A stretch of DNA of 60,829 bases, the filler included, from Sphacelaria rigidula (taxonomy: Eukaryota), in the NCBI GenBank assembly GCA_964200075.2. It is 9 parts of 9 records of this genome, joined end to end, with 100 filler letters (N's around TTAATTAATTAA, not from the genome) between each part and the next. Parts side by side here need not be neighbours in the genome. Positions count along the whole stretch, not along the records: positions 1 to 6,670 come from CAXNAA020018723.1; positions 6,771 to 13,440 come from CAXNAA020018724.1; 7 more parts are not named here. The stretch is one strand, 5' to 3'. The position numbers and the translations under genes were made by a program. Positions 1 to 13,116 of this stretch are shown piece after piece. The notes under the pieces were generated by a model. The model made no database searches and was not told the origin of the DNA. It saw only the letters and a list, made by a program, of their open reading frames with translations. The stretch's first letter is position 1. Every line of letters starts with the position of its first letter.

Positions 1-3000
1 CTCGCCCTATTAATGCTTTGCACAACGAGCAGTGACTCGAGTGCTCGCCCTATTAATTTTTCGGCTGACGAGCAGCCCAACGAGTGCGAGTGCCACGAGT
101 GACACTCGTGCTCGTCCGACGTATGAAAAGCTTGTTTTAAAATCAAATGCTACATACATTCGAAATCTGGCGAATATGTTGCTTTCTGTAGTTTCAGACG
201 GCAACCGAATGACTTAACATGTCTCCATATATATATATACATATATACCCAGGCTTGCAAAGATTCCGGGTTCTTCTATCTGGAGAGGCACGGGATTTCC
301 GAGGAGACCGGGCGGGTGGTTTTCGACCAAGCGAAGGCGTTTTTCGATCTGTCCATAACCCACAGGATGTCCGTCCTGGCAGACAAGAACAACCGCGGCT
401 ACACGCCCATGTACGAAGAAGTGGTCGACCCCGACAATCAGTCCAAGGGAGATACGAAGGTATCGTACAGTTGTTGTCGCTGCACCCCAGCAGTCGAACC
501 GGCACATGACCGCCGGTTAGGGCGCATTTGTGGCTTGGAATCCCGACGACAATAAAAAAAAGCGTTTGTCCCGGCATCCGTCGTCCGGAGTCGTGAGAAA
601 AAAAGACGGCAAAATGTATGTAAACATGAAGATTCGATGGAAGGCGCATGGACTGCGGGGTAGTGTTGATTTTATAGGCCATGTTCCTATCCTTGATACT
701 GCACTGACTGAAGTGCATGTCACGTACCGGAGGGTGTACTCGTGATCTTGCATGCCGTAGTCATACGAGCATTGACCTCACGTACCGGAGGAGGGGTCGG
801 TTGATCTCCTGAGACTGCTCGTCGTCAGTTGTGTGGAGACGCGGATAGTAATACAGATGAAGGGGAGGAAATGAGTGAAATTGTGTGGGGTGTCTATTGG
901 CGGCGTCCTGGTACGTATCGCTGAGTCGAGGGTATGCTGAGCTGCGGAAGGCGAGCTGGGCTTGAAGCGAAATTTATTGGGGAAGTGTGTAGGTCTGTGC
1001 CATTGATATTGAAAGCAACGCGGTGGATAGATGTGTGTCTTGTGCAAGGATCCCCTGCTGTATTTTTCCCTACCCAAGAGGTTCGTCTGTCGTGAATCTT
1101 GCAATGCGGGCAGAGGCAAGGCAGCAACGCGCGTTAAAGCAGGGAATATATTACAGCAGTATTACAGGTAATATATGGGTAAAAACCGGGGGAGATATGG
1201 GGGTAATTCGTTGAGACCGTGGACTCCTCCCCGAGGAAGGAGGGGGCTTGAAAAAGTGTCACCAAGAAAAAAGACAGGGGAAAAACGCCGCTCCTTTCTC
1301 AGATACCATTTAGTTGAAGAAGCCAATAATTGTTTCGTGAACATATCGGGGCGCAACGACGACGACAATGATGATGATGATGATGATGATGATGGTGACG
1401 TTCAGGAATAAATTCCTCGTATCGTACATTCTCGCACTGTTTTTTATACATATATATATATACACACACATACACACACACTTCCATGCGACGGTCCACC
1501 ATGAGGGGTACTTATTATTCCGAGAGATTGAAGCAGGAAGCGCGGATGCGCTCAAGCCGCTGAGAGGACCTAATCAGTGGCCGGCGGAACACCTTGTCCC
1601 TGGATAAGTGGGTGCAACATTTACTTTGTTTTTCTCCTGTGTCGCAGGGATGCGGGGCAATATCATACGTGGCGCAGCATCTCGACGCTCCCATGGGACG
1701 TGGCTGTTGATTTGTTCATTGGTTGGTGGGTCGTCGGTTGTCCGGCTGCGACGCATTCAAGCACTCCCTACGAAGCCAGCCGCATGTGTCACAAAATAGG
1801 CGTCTCCAACACTCACTCGCCTGCAAGGAATAAGGGAGTGGACAAAAGGGGAGGAGGGGGGGGAGGGAAGGGGAATCGCGTGTGGAGGGTTACATTTCGG
1901 TGCATTAGATGTTATGTTCCTGGTATGCCAGCACGCCCTGCTTTTGCCTATTGTGGCGTCCATCTCCCTCTACCCTCCGAAGCATATGTCTCCGTCTGAG
2001 CTCCGCATCGACAACATCCTTAATGAGACAACCGAGATCCAGGAACGTTTCAAAACACCGACCTTGGTGTTTTAAATTTCCGCGTTTATTCATTCACTAT
2101 TCCAATATTTGTTTTCCTCTGCCTCTGTCTCCGCCTCTGTTAGGAAATGCCACTTTTTAATTTTCCCCTCGGTTTTTCATGTGTGTATATATAATATATA
2201 TATATTCCCTGATAACGACATTGACCCGCTTCGTTTTTTTCATTTCCTCCGATAGGCCTTTTTTTTGCTCGAGATGTCTTCTCTAGCTACTGGCTGCATT
2301 TTTAACTCTTGGATGCGTCTATACTGTACTGTTAGTGGCCACAGCGGGCTCCAAAGGTGACTAGCAAGAAACGAGTAATCTACCATTTAACTCATCACTG
2401 GATCAACAGATCGATCTGCTGGTACTACGGGTGCTAAGTGGGTACCCATATTATGACACCCGAAGCAAGCAAGTACTTTTACTCGACTCATTTCGTGGAG
2501 CGGGGAACATTTGCGACGGCGTGTACCTTACTTGATGATACACAGTTTACTCACGCCCTAAAAAATGTACAGCATGTACACGGTCGAAATTCGCGCTGTT
2601 TTTTTTTTTCCTTTCTTTTTGTTTCTCTTTTCTTTTCCGTCTTCAAGTTTCTTCTTCTTCTTCTTCTTTTTTCGAAACCCATGACGCACACCTCCATGTA
2701 CTCGCCGGATCTTGTTTTCATGCACAGCGAACGTGCATCGATCGAGCTCGTGACGCATCCAAACCCGATCGGTTCCCCACAATACGCAATGCCTGCGTGC
2801 AGGTGGAAGAGCACAATGCAGGCTCACTACCAGAGGATGCACGACTTGGGGATGCGTCTGATCAGACTTTTGGCCGTGGGACTGGGTCTTGAACCGGAAG
2901 ATTTCGCCAAGTTTTTCTCGAAGTTAACGGCTGCGATTGCTCCACTACTCGTCGGAGGTATTCACAGATCATCCCCTGTATATCCTTATTCTCTTTCATG

Positions 3001-3472
3001 TGCTTGTCGGGCATCTTGCGATAGTTATGAAATCACTGACTCATTTGACCTCTATTTTGTTTCGCACGTCGTGTTTTCTCACCGTACGGCAGGGAATTGG
3101 AAGACGCAAACACTTGAAATATCGAGAGTTCATCCTGCCTGACGTTTTTTTTTTTCTCCTCCTTTCCTCCCTTTTTCGTGTTCACCGTCGAAAAATGCAC
3201 TGCGTTTAGTTTCCTGTGCTCGAAGGTTACTGTCGGCATATCGTATTGCCATGGCAGATGCCCGAAGCACGGATGGACGATATGCTCATGATCCGCAACA
3301 GACTCACGCGCGTATCTTTCTTGTTCCCAGATCATGCTCGATAGCCCTCATCGCACCTCTTACGTTCTCACACAAATTCTCGCCGTGGATCTGTTGAGCC
3401 CAATCGTTTTTCTCCATTCTGCGTTTGTCCTCCACATGCTGAAGATACCCGAGAACTCCTTGTGACACGAAC

Positions 3473-4142
3473 AACAATATTGTCGTGAGATTGAGAGTAG
3501 AGCCTTGATCGAGAGTTGTGTGTGTTGTCGTCCCATCTATTCTGGACGCCAGTCTAGACCTTCCGGTATATGTGGGCGCACCAGCCGAGGTCACCCGGGA
3601 AGATGGTCAACACAGTAGCTTTTTCTTTTTTATTTGTTCTTAGTACCCCACCTTCCTTCAGCGGTGCTTGCCTTTATTTTTCATCGCGAGAGGGGTGCAG
3701 CAGTCCCTTTCTCTCGTCGACCGTTAAGTCGAATTTTGTGTACCCACGACATAGTAGTCGCTCTCCGCTGTTGGGCATGGTGTGAGAAAAAATCTTAGAT
3801 CGCTCCGAGATTTTAACCCACGACCCAACCGTCAGAAGGTTTCGAGGTTACCAACGGAGCCACCGGGGCGACCGGCTTAGGTCTTATCATCCGCGTCAAG
3901 TTGACCGATTCTCCATTCTGTCTATGCTTCTCTTTGCCTGTAACACTGGCGTGTGCTTACAGCTACACGTCGATATCCTACTCGGGGGTATCAAGTGTTT
4001 CAGTGGCAAGCTACCACTGTACTACAGAAAGCGTATCGGGCCTCATGGAGGGGCATTTCGGAACTGAAACTATTCATGAATTGATTGACCGCTTCTCACA
4101 GTCAATCGTATCCCCTACTCTCAATCTCACGAAAATATTGTT
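3473..4142. mobile_element. MITE with AAC...GTT termini, carrying a nested SINE
   Basis: TIRs aacaatattgtcgtgagattgagagtag / ctactctcaatctcacgaaaatattgtt; flanks gaac/aaac. An uninterrupted homolog lies at 35487-35766. Confidence 0.8.
3516..3872 (-). mobile_element. tRNA-derived SINE, family 1
   Basis: Head gccccggtggctccgttgg (A-box-like) plus a degenerate B box and a (CA)n tail. Homologous to 50261-50636 and 40934-41181. Confidence 0.8.
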
Positions 4143-4589
4143 AAACCTTAGATTGCAGGTTGTGGAGCAAGACTGAAATGTAGAGTTTCGGAGATATATA
4201 TAAGGGCCCGTGTAGCACCAACGCAGACGGCAGGTTGTGGAGGAAGACGGAAACATAGACGTTCGGCGCACGGAACGCAGACAGCATGTTATTATTGTGT
4301 ATACATATATATATAAAATTGGGAAACATTCATTCCGCCTCCGTTTGTACGGACTGTGCGGCACGTACGTGTTTTTTTAATATATATTTTTTGCGTGCTA
4401 TAACCATCTCTACAGTTGTATCGAGGACTCCATAGAAGGATCCCCATTTTTTTCATCATATCTACGGTTTGTGTTGACTTTTGATTAATTTTTTTTTGTC
4501 ACGACTTAGTCTGCTGTGTCGTTCTGTTCGACCCCTCTTTCTTCTTTTCTTTAATTTTTTTTCCGCTCCTGTTTTTTTTTTCTTCCTTT

Positions 4590-4691
4590 AGAGCGTGTTT
4601 CAGTTTCGTTTTTCTTGGATACGTCTACCATGAGACCACGGCTGGACCCCTGGGTGGTCAGTTAAAGTGCGACAATCAATCAATCAATCAA
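4590..4691 (+). repeat. Retroposon 3' end with (TCAA)n tail
   Basis: ccatgagaccacggctggacccctggg...ttaaagtgcgacaatcaatcaatcaa; recurs at about 44460-44540 and 54255-54347. Confidence 0.7.
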
Positions 4692-6484
4692 ATCTACGGA
4701 TCTGTCTCACGAACTACAAACAAGGAAATGTGATAGCTACACTTTTCAGTCAATGCTTGTTGCCACATCGAGTTTTATTCGCATATCGGCGCATGTATAC
4801 GACGTGTCTGCCTGCTTCTGTCCTTCCCCCCTGCTGCATGTTGCTTTTATCCAACTGAACAACGCGGGTTATTGAGGTTTCGGATCCTGATATCGGCGTG
4901 TTGGGCACCGGTGCACACTCGGACTACGGGATTATCACCATACTAGCCACGGTAAGTCTGACCCCGGGTGAGAGCTTGTTCCTCCTCGTGCATTTGGCCA
5001 CAAAAGCGTTGAACCACAACAAACCGGTGCATTCCTCAGATACGTATATACAGGTGGCGTCACTACCTAAGAAACTCTAATTTGAGGCGGGGCTTGAGCG
5101 AACAAGAACGTACATGCACAAGACACGCAAAAAACACACACACACACATACAAGAAACACACACACGCGCGCGCGCACACACAAACATTCATTGGGGGTG
5201 CTATTATTTTGAAAATGTTCAGTGTCCGTCAGTCAACAGAAATATATTAATTCCGGTGAGCATCATAGACAGAGGAATAAAATATGTGCCCCCGTGAGCA
5301 TGTTTCGTTGACGTGGCGTATGTATGCGATGGTTGCTGGCGATGATCCATCCTTTTGATCTTTCCACGAGTCTGGTCCGGCGAAAACCCGGCGTGCTCCG
5401 CCTCGGCGTTGTAGGGATACGAGGTCAACGGTCTTATGACTATGGATGGCATGCAAGATCACGAGTGCACATGATGATACACTTGACTTGCCCGATGTAA
5501 ATAGCACGAAAAAATAAAAAAAGTCGAAAAAACCCCCGCTAAACTGAAGGCAAGTCAAAGAAGGGGCAAAAGAAAGGAGGGAAGACACAGATACAACAAA
5601 CGAAGTAGGCCGAACAAAAAACGAGAGGCGAAACGGAACAGAACAGAACAGAACAGAAAGATAAAGATGAAACAAAATAAAACATCCATATCAAAGAATA
5701 GACCTTCAGCTAAATTTACTTTTAATTCAGTTAATAATAATGTGTTATAGAATCCTCGAACCATTAAAGGATCAAGACGAGACGAGACAGGACAAAACAT
5801 GACAGGGTAAAAAACATGTTTTCTCGTGGCAATGCAGTAAAATCGATGTTGTTTTTCCGCTGGGCAGGATGAGGTACCGGGGTTGCAAGTAAGAATCGAC
5901 GGAGAGTGGTTAGACGTACCACCGAGGCCCGGAGCTTTCATCTGCAACCTTGGTGACATGCTGCAGCGTTGGTGGGCAGACCGCGCTTCTTTTTTCAATT
6001 TCTTGTTTTATCTCAAATCGCTTTCCAAATTACTGACCCTGTGTTTGTTCGCGCTGAGCATTTTCGTGTCGAACACCCCCCCCCCCAAATATTTACTTTT
6101 ATGTGGCTTTGCTGCCACCGGGAAACATGTCGAGAGCACAAGCTCTGCATCGCATTCTGTATAGATCTACGTGTCTCTTTGGCAGATGAATGCACCGGAC
6201 CAGATATTTTGTGGTTCAGGAGTATCTGTGTGCACGACCCTTCAACGGGGTTCCCACTGGTGTTCGAATTGACAGCACAGTCGTCTCGAGCGCTGACGGT
6301 AGTCTGCAGTATAAAACGCGCCGTGTGTTGTGTCCGATACTGTACTTAATCCGATATATCTGTTATTGTCATCATCCCATGGCTGAAATTCGTTACGGAT
6401 CAGTGAGTGTGAATGAATCAACGCATCGATGAATCGACCAGCCAATCGATTCACTCAGACCCGCTGTCGGGGGTGGGGGGGTGG

Positions 6485-6616
6485 GGGGTGTACTCATGAT
6501 CATGCATGCCATAGTCATGGGACCATTAACCCGCTGTTGGGGTGGGGGTGGGGAGGGCGTACTCATTTGTTGCTTGCCTTAGTCGTTTGACCATTGATCA
6601 CGCATCCCTTTCGAGC
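6485..6616 (+). repeat. Poly-G-flanked dispersed repeat (types A and B in tandem)
   Basis: Type A gtgtactcatgatcatgcatgccatagtcat..gaccatt; type B gcgtactcatttgttgcttgccttagtcgtttgaccattga. About 13 copies in the window. Confidence 0.85.
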
Positions 6617-6670
6617 GGGGGGGGGGGGGGGGGTTTTGCTCAGACGTGCAAACCCCCCCCACTGTGCACG

Positions 6671-6770
6671 NNNNNNNNNNNNNNNNNNNNNNNNNNNNNN
6701 NNNNNNNNNNNNNNTTAATTAATTAANNNNNNNNNNNNNNNNNNNNNNNNNNNNNNNNNNNNNNNNNNNN
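6671..6770. other. Artificial contig spacer (N44-TTAATTAATTAA-N44)
   Basis: Identical spacers at 13441, 20211, 26981, 33751, 40521, 47291 and 54061, exactly 6770 bp apart. The linker has stops in all six frames. Confidence 0.98.
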
Positions 6771-6790
6771 TTCTCTCTGCCTCTCCTATT

Positions 6791-6999
6791 GGACAGGACG
6801 CGCCTCTGTGCGCTGAAAAACATGTCGTGGAAAAAACAGGGCAATGTTCCCGTCACCGCTACTAATGTTCTCTGTCACACACATGCCAGGAAGTTCGGAC
6901 AGGACGCGCCTCTGTGCGCTGAAAAACATGTCGTAGAAAAAACAGGGCAATGTTCCCGTCACCGCTACTAATGTTCTCTGTCACACACATGCCAGGAAG
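6791..6999. repeat. Tandem duplication, 106-bp unit x2
   Basis: ggacaggacgcgcctctgtgcgctg...acatgccaggaag starts at 6791 and 6897; the copies are nearly identical. Confidence 0.9.
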
Positions 7000-7194
7000 G
7001 GCAGTGCTGCGGCAATAACAGACAGATCCAATTTGAACTTAGGGGGTGTTATTCATCGTTGATTTTCGCCAACCTCTCCCAACGGGGTGGTCGAGCAGAA
7101 GAGCGTGCCACACGCCAGTTGAGGGGGGTGTATGAGAGATCAAACACTTGTAGAGACCTCTTTGACACGCGGAGTGAAAAAATAAACCCATCTA

Positions 7195-7797
7195 TGCTGG
7201 TGACCTAACCGTTGCTAGCGTGGCGCATAGGCAATGTGGAGCACGCTGGTCACGTGAACAGCTCGGTACAGTACGATTAGTAGCTTCCCATAGGTGATAA
7301 TTATTCCGATGTCAGGAGGATGTGGTCACGGTAACCAACTGCATCGGAGTCGCAAGACCTGTGAAAGCTAGAGGGTTTGATTTGTATGATCTGCATCCAC
7401 AAAATTGAAACGGTTATGAAAACCCGAGGGCAGGTGGCCGTTTCGGGTCCAGTCAAACATTCGAAGAAACTGTCGAACAGCAATACGAAACTTCCACGGT
7501 TAGGACAAATCATCACGACTCAAAATCACCAAATCACGATTTCTTCGATGTGATTGCCCAAAAGGGAGAAAAAAGTTGATCGCTGGTCCAAGGGGTATCC
7601 ACGCAACAATCAAACTCTCTAGCTTTCACAGGTCTTGCGATTTCAATGCAGTTGGTTACCGCGACCACGTCCTCTTGACATTGGAATAATCATTGCTTAT
7701 GGGAAGCTACTACTCGTACTGTACCGAGCTGTTCACGTGACCAGCGTCTGCTGCACATTGCCTATGCGCCACGTTAGCAACAGGTAGGTCACCACCA
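7195..7797. mobile_element. MITE with about 190-bp TIRs and TA TSD (Tc1/mariner-like)
   Basis: 7195-7384 is the diverged reverse complement of about 7607-7797; TA at 7193-7194 and 7798-7799. Confidence 0.8.
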
Positions 7798-10700
7798 TAG
7801 GAATCTATTTGTTGTGGCCGCCGATGCCATCAACAAGCTGTTGTGAAACTCGTATTTTGCTGGGAGATTGCGCAAGTTCCTGAAACACCACCTTCATGGC
7901 ACTGAACTGCGTTGAGGAACTTGTTTAGTTTGTGCGGCATCTCTGCCTACAGCCATGCGTGAGGGAATTCCATTTCTTGAACTCGCGAGGGAATTGCCAT
8001 TTTTGAACTGCCAGCTTCCTTTTATTTTCGTCACGACCGGCACCATCTTGAGGTTTTTGTTCTTCTCCTTTCTTCTTCTGCTTTTTTTTGTTGTGTTGCA
8101 CGTGTTTACAAATGCCCTATTTCTCGTTCTTCGTTCGGGCGAATGTTCCCGTGTTGTGACCTTGGGTACGTTCATCTTGTGGATAATGACCATGGCCGGA
8201 TTCCTCGGGTATCAGCCAATGTGCGACCATCAATCGATCAAGAAATAAATCATTACATGTTTTTCCGGTGGCGTGGCCACTTCGAATGTGGAGGAAAAGG
8301 GAACTAGAGAAGGGAGAAACCACGAGATAAAATCTTCTTTTTACCACAAACACGGAGCATCCGAAACAAAAAACCAACACAACGTGAGAGAGACACACCA
8401 GCACCCGAACCCGGCACGGCACAAAAGCAAAACTAGATACAATTTCACAGCGACTGGTCCCCTCAGGCGTCGCCCAACAGACGTATTACTTCTCCGGCGG
8501 CGTCCTTCGCCTCGCCCTCTGGTGCATCGTTGCCGAAGCCTTCCACCTTTACGAACAGCATGCCATGAGCGGAAATGCGAGGGCACCAATCAATCGACGA
8601 AGCACAGTCGAAGTAAGAGACGGGTCAGCCAACGGTAAACAGAGATGCACAAGGCACTTGGAGGAGTGGAATTCAGCATGAAAACAAGCCGTCACTTATA
8701 CACACATATATGGGCTTGTTTCGGTACTTTCATTGCGTGTTCGACTTACTCTTACGTTGTATGCGCTGTCCCAGCAGAAGGAATAACAGCCACCGTGTCG
8801 CTGGTTCAGACATGCCATCTCGACCGTATACCAAGGAAGTCTCTCACAGAGGAAACTTCGCGACAAAATATTTTCTCGTGTCATTTCTTACCCCGCCCGA
8901 AAACCAACGTCCAAGGCCATGCCCGACGTATCCATAAACCCGGATTATTGGGTATCCGACTGAATCGCATTTTCCTTGAAAAACCACCTATAAGGAATTT
9001 GTTGACATGAAATCTCGCCTTCTTCTTTCGACGGAAAATCCTACTTCCTTTTCGATGAGACGGACTTGATCCACGACTGCGAAATGCCGAGAGTTCGGGG
9101 GCATATTTTGGTTTCAAGTTCCAGTGACGAAGAAAAGAGAGCCATGCGCTGGTGACGACGTGTGTGGGGCTCGGTAGATTCGATGTACCAAGAATTCCCC
9201 ACTCAATTATTCGCTATCCAAGGATACACTTGATCGCAGATGAAGGAGAACATGCGTCGAGTCTAGTCTGCGGCGAAAATCGTGCCAGTCAACCACGAGA
9301 TTGTACAAACTTTGGTAGCTCCTCTCCGTGCTTTGAAGGACACATCCATCGCTACGTTGGGCGCAGCACACGGCGGAATCGAAACCCAATTTCTTTGATG
9401 ACGTAGCCACAGCTGTGTCCCACACTGACCACCACTTTTTTTTATCATAAACATCATCTGTCATTTCCAGTCCATCGTGAGTCGCTCTACTCGAAGGATA
9501 TAAAGTTCGGACGAATGATCGTCGGTTCGAATTCCCAAATCCACGTTTTTTCAGGCCTGATTACTCGAAAGGGAGAAAAAAGTTTCCCGTCGATCAAAAA
9601 AGTCACCACGCATTTTTGCGCCATTCCACTTGTTCGGGGTGCGCGTACCTGGGTTGCAACGCTGAAAACAAAGCGCAAGAAAAATTTTCTACGGTGAGAA
9701 TCAGACTAAAATCAAGGATTTTCCAGACGAATCATTGATCATTATTTCATCCGACCCTTGAAAGAGTGATGGACAACGTGACATCACCCAGGCACAGCAC
9801 TGGACAATATCGCGCAAACCGTGAGCGCTCAGATGGTTGGCCACAGCGGCCCACTAACCGGCAGCATTTTCCGCGCATTGGACTATGATAGTAATGGCTG
9901 TTGCTGCTGCTCAGCGAACAAATGAGAGAGGGAAAGGTGCGTCGGTGGGTTCTATACGCAGTAATGTTTGCCAGCCCTCCCGTCGCTAGAAGATTCACAA
10001 GTTACTTTAGGTTGGGACATCTCTGCAGGAGGACTTGGCCTCGAAGGACGAGGAGGTAGGACAGTTCTTCGCCGTACGGGGTCTTATCCTACGGTATAGC
10101 AAGGACATCTCACGGCAAATACAACCCCAAACACACGCAAGTGACACGAAGTCATCTGACCTCTTTGTAAGCTTCAAATTTAGCGGTGCTGAGTTCGTGT
10201 TGGGTGTCGGCACGCTCCTCACAGCACAGTACTATCGCCACTCGCCAAATAACTTGGACAAGCTTTCCCAGCAGAGGATGGACCCAAAATATCTGCCTGT
10301 TCCCCGCCTGCGTTCTAGATCACAACGCGCCTGACTTCTACCACGTGTACTTGAAATGTTTCTTTCGGCTACGCTTCATTGTAACGGCTGTCACCTCTCC
10401 AAATTACTCGGCAAATTTGTTTGGTACACCTTTTTCATCAGGTGATGGGTACCTTGTGTCATGAGAGGCACGGAGCTACCTCTTCGGGGTCGAGACATCA
10501 ACATAGCTTGTGCTGTAGCGTATGCACAGCGCAGTCCGTACGGCGTAATGATGTTTTTGATCGGCTACTTGCCGCCGCGCCTCGGTAGTGTACCTGGTCC
10601 AACTGGTATTGCTGATCTGACGGAAACCAAGAAGATAGGGATATCGCATCATTTCGCCCCACCTATACCGCGTACCCCAGCCGCAGGGTAGTGATCTTGA

Positions 10701-10957
10701 GGTAATCAGCGTCGTAGTTTGGGGCGTTGGCGTTTCAAGATAGATACTCCATGTAGCAACTAGGAATGGTGGGCGGATGCTCTCGGGTTTCCCGGCTACA
10801 TCATACTCAGTTCCACAAGTTGTCCAGCGTTTGACCGCCAGGTATGTCATTGTTGAGGCAACACATTTCTATGTTGAAAAAATAGACCCATGATCCAGAT
10901 GACCCACCATCGTGCAAGGGGTTACTTCGGGTTCCGTAACGAATAGACAACATGCAC

Positions 10958-13116
10958 CTGATCACGGAAGCCAACTTCGTTCACGAGGGTCACACCAGCT
11001 ACCCCCAATTTTCGCAGCAACCGTCCAGCTGCTAACAACCGCCGAAGCGCCACCATCTGCACGACGGGAGCGATCAATCGAGGAGCCAAGGCATCAGCAA
11101 CGACAACCACCAGCAAAATACAACATCACGGCATGATCTCAGATTCGATGGAGACGTTTCGCATGTCGGCGTATCCAGTCTCCTCGATGGTCGAGATATT
11201 GAATAGCTACCGACACTCCCGAACCATTTAGTCACACAAACATGCAAAATTGTGAGGCTTGCGAACGACCCGACATGACGTATGCGCCAGCACGAGGCTA
11301 CGTGAAACAAGCTCCGATGGTACTATTCGCACGAATCTCGCACAAGAGGAAGGAAAAAAAACTCGGCCTGCTACGTTAAGCGATTCGGGGGTTCACCCCA
11401 GACAAGAACCACATGGCGTGGACATTCATCATACCTGCGATTTCTCCTTCTGTAAATCGTCTAAGACCCCGAAGAGGATCTGAGTGGCTTCATCGGACAT
11501 TTCCTCTCCGTCCGTAGCGTCAGGCAAAGACGACGCCAAGGCCAAAGACATATTGTTCAAAAGCGCGCTTGACATTTGCCGCACTTCGCCTCGCGGGTGA
11601 GCCAACCCTGTCGCCCGATTGAATAAAATAAAAAACACCGAGAGGTGACAAAGAAGGAAAAGGCCAACTGAGGTAAACGGCGTGGTGTGTATGTGAACGG
11701 CGTGGTGTGTTTTTAGCTCCAGAAAACACGCGAAAACGTGCACAAGCTCGCAACAGCGGGACACGCCAAGAATGCTCATGAGGAAGACCGACAAGGGAAA
11801 TAATTTTGAGAAACCGTTTACACCCACTCCATGTTGCGAGAGTCGCAGTGCCCAAAGACCACCATGGAGACAATTTTGGGATAACATGATACCAGAATCG
11901 CTTCATGTATTTCATCTCAAGTTGGGACTGGTCGTTACTGAATAATGACGAAACTCACCGCGAAGCGAAACGTCGAGCCATTTTTGGACAACATCTTCTC
12001 GCATCATGTACTGCCCGCCTGCAGGAGTCCCGAAGGCATTAGCTGCAGCACAGATTGCGATAGAGAGACTCTGCCCCGGAACAGACAAGAGATACAAGGG
12101 GAAAAGGCGATACGAAGCGAAGAACTGTTGAGTTTTGAATCTCGTGCCAAAAAAAAGTCCCGCACAGTGCAATGGCCGAGCTCAATCGCACACTTCTACT
12201 CGTATACGAATGGCCTCAACAGCAGAGCAGTGACCCATGCAAGCTGGATAGAGCTCGCACAGAGACACGTGCGCCCTGCCAGGAGTGGTGAAGACTCGGA
12301 ACACTTTTGGTGCCTTATGCATCATTCCATTGCGACAAATGAGTAGGCCTTACAACTGTGCCTCTGCTTCCACAATTGCACTTGCCGCAACAACAGATGC
12401 AGGGTTTCATCAAAGCCCGACTACACTTTTCACGCTCCGTCCCCCGAAACGATGGCGGAGCTCGTGACACACCTGTGCCGACAATTCCTCCTCAGCCGCA
12501 GCGCGCGTGGCTACCTCCGACAGCGCCGTTTCCATGGTTTGACCCTCCGGCTTGTGCAGGACCATGAGGCTTAACAGCACCATCGCAAGGAATTCTGCCC
12601 TGTATGTGAAAAATATATATTTCAGAGAAAATAAGTCAAGACTTGCCTAGATGTTCAGGCGCAGCCTGCACGTCTGTGGTCCATCCCGAAAAGATTACCG
12701 TATTGAACAAGAGTTCGTGGGGAGCGACGCATTGCATGCTCTGTACATACCCGTGTCGTGACATAAAATGCAAACTGGCGCAATAGGCTTTTCTCCCCCC
12801 GACATCCCGCTCCTCCGTTTCGAAAGAGGTGCGTGGTCAATGGTCAAACGACCAAGGCAAGCAACGAATGAGTACGCCCATCCCCTCTATCCTGCAGATA
12901 TAGAGAAATATCATCACAACGCCCTCACTTTTCCGGCCACCCGGAGCCCTTTCGTATGATCTTTTGCATCAAAGGGAAGCTCCCTGCTGTGACGGGACTG
13001 CTCTTTGCACCAGCGAGGGAGGCTGGAAGAGAGTCTAACACCGAAGCCTCTTCTTCCGAAAGAAGGCCGCTAACGCTTGAACCCAACGCTTTGAGCCGTG
13101 CCGCCACGCTGGGGGC
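10958..13116 (-). CDS. PUL-domain protein (PLAA/Doa1-type or DeSI/PPPDE-PUL), internal to C-terminal exons
   Basis: Five GT-AG exons join in phase without stops: 13116-12929, 12599-12473, 12070-11959, 11607-11435, 11056-10958. Translation includes WPEKAEFLAMVLLSLMVLH, IAICAAANAFGTPAG, EVRQMSSALLNNMSL and VALRRLLAAGRL, matching PUL armadillo-fold motifs. Confidence 0.75.

Larger units (their letters stand above)
253..5971 (+). pseudogene. 2OG-Fe(II) oxygenase (isopenicillin N synthase/DIOX_N family), partial, probably a pseudogene
   Basis: Exons: 253-459 (ACKDSGFFYLERHGI...NRGYTPMYEE...KGDTK), 1503-1603 (EGY...PLRGPNQWP), 2803-2957 (WKSTMQAHY...RLLHYSSE), 4877-4951 (GAHSDYGIITIL, HxD iron motif), 5868-5971 (PGLQV...[18 protein letters not shown]). 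Exon 2 acceptor is AT instead of AG, its donor is ATAAGT instead of GTAAGT, and there is a frameshift near 2932. Confidence 0.85.

Noticed and set aside
2438..3142. 234-aa ORF as a stand-alone gene
   Set aside because: Only 2803-2932 is coding (oxygenase exon 3); the rest is low-complexity intron.
8451..10110. Possible plus-strand exons converging on the PUL gene
   Set aside because: Splice-like signals are present but I found no consistent frame or recognisable protein.
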